From a virus, in IMG/VR virus record IMGVR_UViG_3300027834_000002, positions 1 through 44,145 of that record: a stretch of DNA of 44,145 nt. One strand, 5' to 3'. Below, piece after piece: positions 23,129-32,670 of this stretch. How positions within the stretch are numbered: the first letter of the stretch is position 1; each line of letters begins with the position of its first letter. The position numbers and the translations under genes are program-made. The notes below the pieces were generated by a model. It made no database searches. It was not told where the DNA came from and saw nothing but the letters and a program-made list of their open reading frames with translations.

Positions 23129-24481
23129 TTAGTTAGAATAACTTAAGTCACATATAACTCCCTGGTGACTCCTATTGTAACAACCCATCTCAGCATAACG
23201 AAATAAGGTTGCTTCATATTGGTCATATCCTGAAACAGGTCTCAAGATCTCACCATTCTTTGACATCCAATCGTAATCTGACATATAAAAGATAGCAAAG
23301 TCACTTAAGGTAAGAAAGTAAATCTCACCATCGATCGCATCTGGATCAGTTACTAGTGGAACACCGTTAAAGTCCTTAGCCATGTGCCCATACTTAAGTT
23401 CCATATCGGCAAGGAAACTATGATCAGCTCTCCTAATCGCAATCAGCTCACGTTTGATAGCTTTGGTTGTATAGATCATGCTTGGCCCAATACCTTTACC
23501 AGCAGCCTCTTCAATATTATCAAACATCTTTTGCATCATGTTCTCGGTTAAAGCCCTTTGTCCAGCGTAACGTCCTGAGCTATGGGAATCAACAAGAGAT
23601 TTCCACCAAGAGTAAGTATCAACATCAATGCCTTGTAGGGAATCAGTAGAACTTCCACCAGCATCAGTTCCATCAGTAAGAACGATGTCATCAATATTAG
23701 TATCGGTTACTAGACCCCTAAGCCCCATCATCTCTTTACGATTAGCACCAGTAGATTGAGCACCTAAACTTGATGGTCTTGCGTAGAAAGTTCCAGCAGC
23801 TTCAGTAGTGCTAGGGTCAGTACATGTAATTGTATCGTACGTACCATCAGTTGATTCACTAACAGCTGATACAGCCATATCAGTTGTACCTACAGTATAA
23901 GTAGCTGCACCACTAAAGGTAGCACCAACAACAGGTACAACATCGCCACGCTCACTCATATACTTTCCACCGAAGGTAGAGCCAAAACCATCACCACCTG
24001 TTGCGTTACCTCTGTATTTTTTCTGTAATGTTTGTGAAGTACCACTTGCTGTAGACCTCCACCTTGCCAATGTCCCATAACCAGCACCGTTCATCATACG
24101 GTTAGTTTCTTTTTTGATATCGTTAGAGATACCTTTAACTTCTGAATCAAGCATCCTAACAGCAGAACCCTTGGAGTCACGGGTAGATGCTAAACCAAGA
24201 CCAGACAATTTGATCTGGGCATAATGCTGTTTCATTGGAACTGATACCGTTTTGTATTTCTGATAATTAGCAGTTGGTAGCGCATCACCTTCGTTCCTGG
24301 AACCAGAACCAGTTGATCTTCCATAATGTACATCAAACACGGCTTCATTACCCGATACAGCTTCAGTATTCTTTTCGATAAAAGCTGACAAGATATTCTC
24401 ATTATTGTTCTCTTCTCTTAGAGCATCAAGATAATAAGTTCTTAACGCTTCGTCATACGTAGTAGTTGTTGCGTGTGCCAT
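23129..24481 (-). CDS. Major capsid protein (450 aa)
   Basis: The call rests on the portal-scaffold-capsid order and on size and composition typical of HK97-fold coat proteins. A 5-nt gap separates it from the scaffold gene. Confidence 0.8.
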   Translation of the reverse strand: MAHATTTTYDEALRTYYLDALREENNNENILSAFIEKNTEAVSGNEAVFDVHYGRSTGSGSRNEGDALPTANYQKYKTVSVPMKQHYAQIKLSGLGLASTRDSKGSAVRMLDSEVKGISNDIKKETNRMMNGAGYGTLARWRSTASGTSQTLQKKYRGNATGGDGFGSTFGGKYMSERGDVVPVVGATFSGAATYTVGTTDMAVSAVSESTDGTYDTITCTDPSTTEAAGTFYARPSSLGAQSTGANRKEMMGLRGLVTDTNIDDIVLTDGTDAGGSSTDSLQGIDVDTYSWWKSLVDSHSSGRYAGQRALTENMMQKMFDNIEEAAGKGIGPSMIYTTKAIKRELIAIRRADHSFLADMELKYGHMAKDFNGVPLVTDPDAIDGEIYFLTLSDFAIFYMSDYDWMSKNGEILRPVSGYDQYEATLFRYAEMGCYNRSHQGVICDLSYSN

Positions 24482-24486
24482 TATAC

Positions 24487-25284
24487 TTAACTCTCCTTCC
24501 TAGTTGAAGACACTTTGTTTACTAACTCAAGTGTTGCCTGCATAGGTGTCATAGCTCCTTCACCACGCCTGAAGGACATCTTATTCTTCCCTTTAATAGC
24601 TACAGCACCACCACTTGGGTCTTCTCCAAAGATCTTATTTTCGTTAAATTTATCGATATTTACATTATACTTCTTAGCAAAAGCCATTTCCTGTTCGCTC
24701 ACGCTAGCGGTCTTCGTCTTGCTAAAGCCTTCGGCATGTTCCCATAATGATTTGCGTTTATCACTCATGGCTGCTCCAAACACTTGTGAGATATCGTTAT
24801 CGTTTAAATTAGAAAACTTAGATTTGATCTCTCCTTGGAGATTATTCCTTATAAGATCTGTTTGGGTCTTATCGATCTCCTGTAATTTGGAATTAATACC
24901 TGATAAAGCTCTTGCTACCACATCATCGACTGACTCTTTCATCTCTTTGTGATCAATACCTTTAACAGGTTTATTCTCACTTAGACTAGTTAGCGGTTGT
25001 CTCTGTGGTTGCGGGGGTTGTTCTTGTTTTATTATATGTCCGTTCTCATCTATAATCCCCTCTGAAACCAGATTGGATACAGCCGAGAATGAACCGTCTA
25101 CATTTGCTAGAAACGTATCAACATCAGTATCATACTTAGATACCATGTTCATGATTTTATCCGCTTCAGCAACCTTATCTTTATTTTGATCTACTATTTG
25201 TTGAACTTCTTTTTGGGAAAAAGCCTGTGCCTCTCCGTCTACCATGAGTTCAACTGTTGCTTCATTATTCTTTTCTTCTGACAT
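24487..25284 (-). CDS. Scaffolding protein (265 aa)
   Basis: It lies between portal and capsid and is acidic, helical and low-complexity (EQPPQPQRQP). Confidence 0.7.
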   Translation of the reverse strand: MSEEKNNEATVELMVDGEAQAFSQKEVQQIVDQNKDKVAEADKIMNMVSKYDTDVDTFLANVDGSFSAVSNLVSEGIIDENGHIIKQEQPPQPQRQPLTSLSENKPVKGIDHKEMKESVDDVVARALSGINSKLQEIDKTQTDLIRNNLQGEIKSKFSNLNDNDISQVFGAAMSDKRKSLWEHAEGFSKTKTASVSEQEMAFAKKYNVNIDKFNENKIFGEDPSGGAVAIKGKNKMSFRRGEGAMTPMQATLELVNKVSSTRKES

Positions 25285-25293
25285 TTACATCTC

Positions 25294-25563
25294 CTATTCT
25301 TTTTCTACTTTATCACCTTCAAAAACCAGTAACTCACCGGCTCCACCAGCAGCCATAGACATAGATATAAAGCTATCTAAGATACGACTGAAACTCTTTC
25401 CCTTAGTATTATTTACAACCTTCTGCATTTCAGGCTTATGGTTTGCCTCTATCTCTTTCTCGGTTTTATCTATAATTTCTCTTTGATACATAGTCCAGAT
25501 CCCTTCTGCATCTCTTATTTCCTCAACAAACATGTTCCATAAAGTCTCAATGCTCTTATCCAT
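25294..25563 (-). CDS. Hypothetical head-module protein (89 aa)
   Basis: Track ORF with an 8-nt overlap with the end of the portal gene. Confidence 0.7.
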   Translation of the reverse strand: MDKSIETLWNMFVEEIRDAEGIWTMYQREIIDKTEKEIEANHKPEMQKVVNNTKGKSFSRILDSFISMSMAAGGAGELLVFEGDKVEKE

Positions 25564-27481
25564 TATTACCTCCCTTTAATTCTTTCTGTTGTCTTAGCTG
25601 TTGCTCCATGGCTTGTTGCATGAATTTCTGGTGCATAGCTTTATGATATCCCATATCTGCTGAGAATATAAGAAATGCCCTTGGGTTCTCTATTTTTAAT
25701 CTTTGGACTTCCCTAGATTTCTCAAATAACGTGTGAGATCCATAATGGACAGGATGGTTATCATACTGGTTAACGACAATCCTTGACCCAGGTTGCGAAG
25801 CAATGGCCTTATTTTCAAGTTTAGCATTTTGTTCATCTAATTTTACCTCCGAATAGATATCTTTAACAGATGCATCATCAAGCATATTCATTACATGCCT
25901 AGATACTTCTGGATCATTAGGATCACCATATAGACCTTCCCTTCTTCTCTGTAGTATCTGAGCTTGTCTACCAGTCCTTGAGTCTGGAAGAGAACTACCT
26001 TTCTTTATTACAACATCAGTATTATCCCTAAGGTCTGCTCCCTTAAACGCTAACACTTCCCAATCTTTATCGCTGCCGATTATCTTAATCATCCTATCAT
26101 CGGTGTAGCCTTTCTGGATACGCCTTAATACTCGCTTCATAACCTCTTCGAGCGCTTCCTCGAAGATAGCGTGCGTAGGAATGACACCGTAAGAGTCTTG
26201 CTCAAGTAGTAGCTGAACCATGTCGCCGGACCTAATATCAGACTTATTGGTTCCTTGGGATACTTCATGTTGATCGAATAACCCCATTAAGCTATTGGCT
26301 ATCTGCTGTAGCGCAATATCGTATGTTCTGGGTAATGAAGATAATTTCATTTGTTCTGGCTTATGTCCCATTACTGGTGTATAGAGCATTGTTTGACCAT
26401 GACTATCATCTGGTGCAACTTCCATTCTACTACCTCTAGGAATAAGAAATTTCCCCCTTGCCATCGATCTATTAAACTCCGCTATATCAGATATTTGTCT
26501 ATTCCATAACTTCTGTAACCAGATACCAGCTTCTATAGTTGCCATACCCCAGAACACTCCTGGAATCTCTTGATCTTTAAAGTGCTCTATATTATAATGA
26601 TTGAATGGGTAATCGCTTCTATGCAACACTACACCATTAGCAGCTATTATATGTAAACCTTTTGGATGATCAGTATTGGGTTTTAGATCCATCTCCATAA
26701 CCATCGCACCATCAATATCTCCACCAGTCTTACCGCTGCTACCAGCCAGTAACATTTCAGAGTTAACTATTCTATCAGCTCTTCTCTCCGCCGCAACCTC
26801 TCTACCCCTTTTAAACCTACCTTTAATGTAATCCAATGTCCTAAATTTAGCTTTAATTATCCAGGGCTGTTCGCGTAAGTCATCATCACCTAAACCATAC
26901 GCAGGAACATAAATGTCAAACGGTGACCATACACCGCAATCAACGTCGCCAGTATACTTAACTTCACCTGTCTCAACGTCTAACTGAGATGTTCCTTTTT
27001 TGGGATCCCATCTATCATCCAAGAAGGCATTACCACAAGTATAGATAAAACCAGCAAGCAACCTCATCTTCTTTCTCATCCTTGCTTGACCCCAAAAGGA
27101 TTGCAGAACCTTTTCTGCTGTTCTTGCTGCTTCTATATCATCTTGGCTACTTGAATTAGGTACTACAGACATAACAGGTGTATTCCTTATCAACCTTGAA
27201 ACCTGTCTCCTGTAGTATGGTAATAGCTTATTGTCTACTATTCTTAACCTACCCTTTCTTAACATCGCCTGTTGTAACATGTTAGCTGAACTATTGAAGA
27301 AGCTATATTGCCTACCTGAAATAAATGCAAGGTTAATTAACCATTTACGTTCATAGGGTAATCTAGAAGTTGCTCCAACATTGAAATTCTCTAAGACAGT
27401 AAACCAAAGATCATCCTTTGTTTTTTTCCTTAATGACTTCTTCATTTTTTCTACTGATTTATTTTTCATGAACCACCCCAT
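25556..27481 (-). CDS. Portal protein (641 aa)
   Basis: It is downstream of terminase and upstream of scaffold and capsid, and its size is typical. The N-terminal segment is PYERKWLINLAFISGRQY. Confidence 0.8.
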   Translation of the reverse strand: MGWFMKNKSVEKMKKSLRKKTKDDLWFTVLENFNVGATSRLPYERKWLINLAFISGRQYSFFNSSANMLQQAMLRKGRLRIVDNKLLPYYRRQVSRLIRNTPVMSVVPNSSSQDDIEAARTAEKVLQSFWGQARMRKKMRLLAGFIYTCGNAFLDDRWDPKKGTSQLDVETGEVKYTGDVDCGVWSPFDIYVPAYGLGDDDLREQPWIIKAKFRTLDYIKGRFKRGREVAAERRADRIVNSEMLLAGSSGKTGGDIDGAMVMEMDLKPNTDHPKGLHIIAANGVVLHRSDYPFNHYNIEHFKDQEIPGVFWGMATIEAGIWLQKLWNRQISDIAEFNRSMARGKFLIPRGSRMEVAPDDSHGQTMLYTPVMGHKPEQMKLSSLPRTYDIALQQIANSLMGLFDQHEVSQGTNKSDIRSGDMVQLLLEQDSYGVIPTHAIFEEALEEVMKRVLRRIQKGYTDDRMIKIIGSDKDWEVLAFKGADLRDNTDVVIKKGSSLPDSRTGRQAQILQRRREGLYGDPNDPEVSRHVMNMLDDASVKDIYSEVKLDEQNAKLENKAIASQPGSRIVVNQYDNHPVHYGSHTLFEKSREVQRLKIENPRAFLIFSADMGYHKAMHQKFMQQAMEQQLRQQKELKGGNNG

Positions 27482-28092
27482 ATATCAGCTAGTGACCTTC
27501 TCATCATATCTTCAAAAGAACGCTCAAGAGCTTTGTCTGTTAAACCAAAGTTAATAGCTTCCACGATCTTCTTTTCAACCATCCTGGCTTGCTCCTCCAG
27601 TTTGTCACCTTTATAACCTTTCTTTGAGTGAGCAACTTTATCTTTAACTAATCCCTTATGGCCTTCCCACATCTCTTTATAACCCTTCTCATTCTTCTTC
27701 GCTAACTGTGTACCATGCACGCCTATCTCATGCCATACACTTGTCTTAGTTGCTCCTGAATAGAATTTAGTTTTACCAGTTGTTGCACTAAATGTAGCCT
27801 TTGCTCCAGGAAGTTTCTTTGACATTATCCTCATTTCAACAGACTTAGTATTCTTCAGTAGTGACTCTGGCATAATTGATATCTGTGACTTCACATCAGT
27901 ATAAGACCTTTTAAAATTTTGGTAGTGTTTTTTTAACAAATCGGTTTTGGCTGAGTCATTCTTTACCTTCTTTGCTACATCAGCAAAAGCCCTCATAGCT
28001 TTATTACCTGAATTTTTTAATTGGCCTAGTGCTACTTTTCTTGTTAAAGGTTTCTCTACAGCTTCTTTCATCAACCCACTGAGTAGGCCCAT
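27466..28092 (-). CDS. Hypothetical protein (208 aa)
   Basis: Track ORF, basic, lying between the terminase and portal genes. Confidence 0.8.
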   Translation of the reverse strand: MGLLSGLMKEAVEKPLTRKVALGQLKNSGNKAMRAFADVAKKVKNDSAKTDLLKKHYQNFKRSYTDVKSQISIMPESLLKNTKSVEMRIMSKKLPGAKATFSATTGKTKFYSGATKTSVWHEIGVHGTQLAKKNEKGYKEMWEGHKGLVKDKVAHSKKGYKGDKLEEQARMVEKKIVEAINFGLTDKALERSFEDMMRRSLADIWGGS

Positions 28093-28497
28093 TTAAAAAC
28101 CTCCTTGCATATTATACTCTCTAAGGTATTCCTTATATCTTATCTGATCTTCAGCTTCAGGGTTAACTTCTTCCTCTACTTGTTCAGGTTTATCTATGTT
28201 GTGAACCCTATTCCTGAAAGAAGATCTCTTCTCACCCAGTGGGCCAGACTCTTCAAGATTGTTTAACCCTGACTGATAATCGTTTTCGTAATCACCGTAA
28301 CTATCATCTGTAGCAACCCTCTTTCTCCAACTCTGAGCTTTCCGTTGTGGTTCATTGTGTACTGGTTGAGGTTGAATTACTGGTTGCTCGTATGTCTCCA
28401 TGAATTGTGCATAATCTTCTTTACTTGAAGGTGTATTTATGGGAACTAATCCTGGCCCACCATGTGATTGCATATACTCATCATAGCTACTTATCAT
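28093..28497 (-). CDS. Hypothetical acidic protein (134 aa)
   Basis: Track ORF that abuts the next gene with no gap. Confidence 0.75.
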   Translation of the reverse strand: MISSYDEYMQSHGGPGLVPINTPSSKEDYAQFMETYEQPVIQPQPVHNEPQRKAQSWRKRVATDDSYGDYENDYQSGLNNLEESGPLGEKRSSFRNRVHNIDKPEQVEEEVNPEAEDQIRYKEYLREYNMQGGF

Positions 28498-28502
28498 ATC
28501 TC

Positions 28503-28694
28503 TTATACCTCCTTATCGTCAAACGAAACAACCTCGCCTGATAATTCATCGTCATCCCATTTAACACCATGTGTTTCGCAACTATCAGGCTCATAACCGC
28601 TATGGATTAAACCTTTAAAGGTCTTAAGTATCTCAGCTGTTTGTTTATATAAAAGGTCTGTCTGTTTATTTAGAAGGTCAAATGCCATCTTCAT
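28503..28694 (-). CDS. Hypothetical protein (63 aa; start moved downstream)
   Basis: The track ORF 28503..28820 overlaps terminase by 119 nt. ATG 28694 follows the terminase TAA and AAGGA (TGGTAAGGATCACATG). Confidence 0.6.
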   Translation of the reverse strand: MKMAFDLLNKQTDLLYKQTAEILKTFKGLIHSGYEPDSCETHGVKWDDDELSGEVVSFDDKEV

Positions 28695-28701
28695 GTGATC
28701 C

Positions 28702-30507
28702 TTACCAGAAGAAGTCATCCCCCCTGTTAAAGATGTTTTGTGCTCTGATTTGTTCATTGCATTGTTCTGTAACTGTTTTTGTTTTTCCAATCTGCTCTCC
28801 ATTTGGGATATGTGCCTCATGCCAAGCTTTCGCTTCTGCTATAGGCTTTGATTTCATAGACGGTGCTAGTTGATCAACTTGGATAGCAATACCAAAAGCC
28901 ATAACCATATCATCATGTGCACCTTTCTTCGCTCGTGCTTTACCTGTTGAAGTTCTTATAAAGGTAAGCATTTCACCTATTAATCTTTGACTATGTATAG
29001 CACCAGCTTCATCTATCAACCATTCTTTAATGCCAGATATTAACTCTCTCTTTGAAGCTGAGTCTGTTCTCCATCCTTTCTTAAATGTAACACCGTTATT
29101 TACAACATCATATCTTGGAGCCATAAATAGGTTAGGTATGTCAAGATCTACAGCTTTATCGAATGTAGATAAGCCAGGCCCTGTTGTTTCAATAGCAACC
29201 CACGGATAATCTTCTTCGAAAGTAAATAGAATAGCTATTATCTTTATAATTCTTGCCATAAGAACTTCATCTAGCCTTGAATAATAAGTTGCCGCTATAG
29301 ATTTAAGATTCCTATCATATACTATAACACAAGCATAATCACCATCTTCAGTACCTTCAACTATATCAGCTGCTATAACATATTCATGATCTTTATTAGG
29401 GTCTGTATAGCAAACTAAATAATCCTGTCTATCTAAAGGTTTGTCTACCTTTTCGCTCGAGAAATCCTCATGCATTAAGTGGTAGTATGACACTGGGTTA
29501 TCATTAAGTTCTCTTAAAACCATTAAGTAGTCAAGAGCCGTTCCACTAAATACAGGGTTACCGGATCCAATATAACAGAGATTTATCTCCTGATCCATCT
29601 CTTGCTCATCATACCTAAGACTTTCCTTGACATACCATGGAGACTTTAAAACTTCTTTCGGTTTCCATTTATCACCTAGTCTACCTTTAGTATTCTCATT
29701 AGGTGCAGGCCAAACACAGTAAATGTTTTTAGATTTAAGTGGATGCATCGGCCAACGTAATGTTATTTTCCTGGTGATTCCGCTTGTAACTAAATCATAA
29801 TACTTACAATTTACCCCAAAAGGAGTACCTATGGCAATCCTACATAGAGATGCACCAGCTCCAGATGTCCATGCTTTAGCATCAGTGTCTTTCCATTTAG
29901 AAAACTCATCGTAAAAGATAGCTTTATATCTTCCACCAGTTGAAAACTGTACATTATTGGATTCTCCTGTTAAGACTGAGCCTGTAGCTGGATTGATTAA
30001 CTTTAGTTTATTGTCATGTTCTTTAACATCATACCCTTTAGGTACTAACCATTTAGGCAACCTAGCTATCACATACCTAAGCTTAGGAAATAGTGACGAC
30101 ATATTACCTCTATCATCAACAAACATTTCCTTCCTTGAGCCAAGTAAGAAGTCATTCCCTGGTTTCGGGCTTAGCCAAAACCATAACATAACTAAACATA
30201 TCATCCACGTAGCACCCATATCTCTACACTTTTCCCAGACAACATCCTCTCCTACTTCTATAATTCTCTTTAAATCAAGAATAGCGTCATCCTGGAAAGG
30301 GTATGTTGCGAACGGTAGGTGAGACATAACAGCAGTGGGTCTTGGATCATAAGTAAAGAAAAACACATTAAAAGCAAAGACTATATCTTCGTAAAACAAT
30401 CTCTTTAATGATTCCTTAAGTATAGGGTCTCTTTGAGCTTTCTTTAATATCTTGCTACGCCATATAAGGTTCTCTCTTGGGTCTTTTGGATATTTAATCT
30501 TATCCAT
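28702..30507 (-). CDS. terL: Terminase large subunit (601 aa)
   Basis: ATPase motifs WEKCRDMGATW (Walker A-like) and AIFYDEFSKW (Walker B). The C-terminal nuclease motif is GAHDDMVMAFGIA. It lies directly after the TerS candidate. Confidence 0.9.
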   Translation of the reverse strand: MDKIKYPKDPRENLIWRSKILKKAQRDPILKESLKRLFYEDIVFAFNVFFFTYDPRPTAVMSHLPFATYPFQDDAILDLKRIIEVGEDVVWEKCRDMGATWMICLVMLWFWLSPKPGNDFLLGSRKEMFVDDRGNMSSLFPKLRYVIARLPKWLVPKGYDVKEHDNKLKLINPATGSVLTGESNNVQFSTGGRYKAIFYDEFSKWKDTDAKAWTSGAGASLCRIAIGTPFGVNCKYYDLVTSGITRKITLRWPMHPLKSKNIYCVWPAPNENTKGRLGDKWKPKEVLKSPWYVKESLRYDEQEMDQEINLCYIGSGNPVFSGTALDYLMVLRELNDNPVSYYHLMHEDFSSEKVDKPLDRQDYLVCYTDPNKDHEYVIAADIVEGTEDGDYACVIVYDRNLKSIAATYYSRLDEVLMARIIKIIAILFTFEEDYPWVAIETTGPGLSTFDKAVDLDIPNLFMAPRYDVVNNGVTFKKGWRTDSASKRELISGIKEWLIDEAGAIHSQRLIGEMLTFIRTSTGKARAKKGAHDDMVMAFGIAIQVDQLAPSMKSKPIAEAKAWHEAHIPNGEQIGKTKTVTEQCNEQIRAQNIFNRGDDFFW

Positions 30508-30516
30508 ATATTACCC

Positions 30517-31179
30517 CTATTCTTCATCTGAATTTATTATACTCATAACATTATCTATCAACTCATTGTTTGACATCTCCTTGACCTGAGTATGAGCATG
30601 TAAGTTTAATATCTTCTTAGGTTCCTCGCCATTCTGTTTTGAGTATCCACCCCTATCTAATATTTCTAAAGCAATCTTTGTCGTAAGGCTTTCGTTATCG
30701 GAAGTCTTCATTGTATTTATTAATAGGTCAAAAGCATCTGCACATGAGTTTATTATAGATTGCTTAATGTCTATAACGCTTGAATCAACCATCTGATCTA
30801 ACCTATCTTTATACTCTTGAAAGTCTTCCCTTTTCTTTAGGTTAGCCATGTAAGTCCTGGATCGCTTGAACTTTATCCCTAGTTGACGATTAGATGTATT
30901 CTCAGTCGTTGTAACCATGTAACGTGCTATAGCTTTCTGTGCTCCATTTAATGGTTTTAGTTGAGGTTTTTCCTCTTCAACTACTTCAGGTTCAGGGTAA
31001 AGCTCAGCTCTATGTTTCTCTAGTAGCTCGTTGAAATCTTCTCTACGACGCAAAAAGCCTATAGTGTTAATATGTTTATTGAAACGTTTAGCGATTTCCT
31101 TATTAGTAAGCCATCCGGATGCTTTAGCGATATGTTTAGCTATTGCTTGTTGTTCATGTGTTAGTGGTCTCTGTGCCAT
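30517..31179 (-). CDS. terS: Terminase small subunit candidate (220 aa) with two tandem HTH-like repeats
   Basis: It is immediately upstream of terL. The start was set at ATG 31179 after AGGAGAGCAGTA. The duplicated segment is PL(T/N)..Q.AIA......(T/S)N..(I/L)..(R/K)F......T...L..REDF.E. Confidence 0.6.
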   Translation of the reverse strand: MAQRPLTHEQQAIAKHIAKASGWLTNKEIAKRFNKHINTIGFLRRREDFNELLEKHRAELYPEPEVVEEEKPQLKPLNGAQKAIARYMVTTTENTSNRQLGIKFKRSRTYMANLKKREDFQEYKDRLDQMVDSSVIDIKQSIINSCADAFDLLINTMKTSDNESLTTKIALEILDRGGYSKQNGEEPKKILNLHAHTQVKEMSNNELIDNVMSIINSDEE

Positions 31180-31570
31180 TACTGCTCTCCTTCCCTCTCC
31201 AGAAAGACCTCTTGCCACAATACTTTACAGCTAAGTAGAATTTATGGGCCATCTGTTTCCTTAACCAGTTGACCAGTTGAAATTTAGAGGGATTATTTTT
31301 AATGGTCGTTAACATATTTTGGTAAAATATACTATCGGAGTACTTCTTATCTACACTAGTTTCCCCAAAAGCATACATCCAATCATGTATTGCGCATGAT
31401 TTACGCATACATAGTCCTAAGAAACGATCAGGAACAAATATATCACCTAACTTGCCTGGGCCACAACCTCCTTTACCTATAACATTTGCAATCTGTTGCT
31501 TAGTTGCATAAGCGTAACTACATGGCTGTTTACCATACGGTGATGGTATATATAAGTCTTCAGTATTCAT
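31154..31570 (-). CDS. Hypothetical protein (138 aa), DUF1353-like motif
   Basis: Track ORF. FVPDRFL...CAIHDWMY...SDSIFYQNM resembles the HDxxY core of DUF1353 phage proteins (from memory). Confidence 0.7.
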   Translation of the reverse strand: MNTEDLYIPSPYGKQPCSYAYATKQQIANVIGKGGCGPGKLGDIFVPDRFLGLCMRKSCAIHDWMYAFGETSVDKKYSDSIFYQNMLTTIKNNPSKFQLVNWLRKQMAHKFYLAVKYCGKRSFWRGKESSNGTETTNT

Positions 31571-31578
31571 GAATCCTC

Positions 31579-31947
31579 CTAGAGTGGGAATAAAATCTTC
31601 AAGGCAAAATCCTTAAGCTTACAAAGAAATGATCTACTATTATATTCTACAGCATTATCTATGGTATCAGCAGTCCATCTATCTAAGTCTGCCATTGTAC
31701 CTCCAAGATTTAGAATACTAGCCATCGCAGTCGTTACTTCAGATAGCAGTTTTAATTGATAATATTCCATATATTGGATATTGTCCCTTTCCATATTAAT
31801 CCTGTCTAGTTTTACTTCGATAGGTATTCTACCGTAATAATAAACACCTCTAAGCTCAGCTCGATTAACGGCATCATTGAAACTATCATAATCAAGTAAT
31901 GCCCTACTTAATGCTAATTGTATCTTTTGTTCTCTTATTGAAATCAT
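31579..31947 (-). CDS. Hypothetical protein (122 aa), paralog of 32360..32644
   Basis: Shared pattern YDSF..V..AE.RGV.YY ... QL.LLSE.TTAM..L..G....DLDRW. Confidence 0.8.
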   Translation of the reverse strand: MISIREQKIQLALSRALLDYDSFNDAVNRAELRGVYYYGRIPIEVKLDRINMERDNIQYMEYYQLKLLSEVTTAMASILNLGGTMADLDRWTADTIDNAVEYNSRSFLCKLKDFALKILFPL

Positions 31948-31948
31948 G

Positions 31949-32161
31949 CTACCTCCATCTATGCATAATAATCTTGTGTGATCTTACTGGATACATAACC
32001 TTAACACATCTATCATATGGTATAGACCAAATAATCTTATATTGAGGTCTTTTATATGAGAAGCAATAAACCAATAATATAACCGTAGAAATAAAAAACA
32101 CTGTAAAGATGGGAGCTACAATTAAGAATATCCCGTTTTTATTTGTTCTATTTTTTATCAT
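31949..32161 (-). CDS. Small membrane protein (70 aa; start moved to internal ATG)
   Basis: MIKNRTNKNGIFLIVAPIFTVFFISTVILLVYCF... has one clear TM helix. The longer track ORF would overlap the upstream gene by 128 nt. Confidence 0.6.
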   Translation of the reverse strand: MIKNRTNKNGIFLIVAPIFTVFFISTVILLVYCFSYKRPQYKIIWSIPYDRCVKVMYPVRSHKIIMHRWR

Positions 32162-32360
32162 GATTTCTCCCTTCGCTTCTTTCCCATTTATCACAATGTA
32201 TCTTAGCATTAGGTGTGAATTTATGGTAATCAAACCAACGTTTATGAAGTAGACAATACCCACACCCTGGATCATTGTCGCCTTCTTCTCTTTCTTTAAA
32301 TGTAAAGTGTTCGCAAGTACTACAATGTTTAACCGCTGGAGCGTATTTAGCTCTTGGCAT
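32148..32360 (-). CDS. Small Cys-rich zinc-finger-like protein (70 aa)
   Basis: Start ATG 32360 follows GGAGGTTTTA and overlaps the upstream TAA (TAATG). Motifs are CSTCEH...CGYCLLH...HC. Confidence 0.7.
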   Translation of the reverse strand: MPRAKYAPAVKHCSTCEHFTFKEREEGDNDPGCGYCLLHKRWFDYHKFTPNAKIHCDKWERSEGRNHDKK

Positions 32361-32644
32361 TAAAACCTCCATTCTTCCTTCCATCTATCTAGGTCTTCAA
32401 TCGATGCACCATTATCTAGTAATCTAGACATTGCAGTGGTAGCTTCTGATAGTAACTCCAACTGACAGCCTCCCATCTTCATGATAGCTACTCTATCAGC
32501 TATCCCCTTCTCCATCTTATCATCCTCAGTCATACCTTTGTAATAAAAAACACCTCTGCGTTCAGCGTTATGTACTGACATACGAAAGCTATCGTAATTA
32601 GATATTGCTTTAATTATTTTCTTGCTTAATTTTCCCTTCGTCAT
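32360..32644 (-). CDS. Hypothetical protein (94 aa), paralog of 31579..31947
   Basis: See the shared motif under 31579..31947. It lies directly downstream of nrdJ. Confidence 0.8.
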   Translation of the reverse strand: MTKGKLSKKIIKAISNYDSFRMSVHNAERRGVFYYKGMTEDDKMEKGIADRVAIMKMGGCQLELLSEATTAMSRLLDNGASIEDLDRWKEEWRF

Positions 32645-32670
32645 CTATAACCTCTTCAACATATACTGTT

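Noticed and set aside
27466-28092. HEIGVH as a zinc-metalloprotease motif
   Set aside because: The spacing is H-E-x-x-x-H rather than the HExxH signature, and no third ligand motif is evident.
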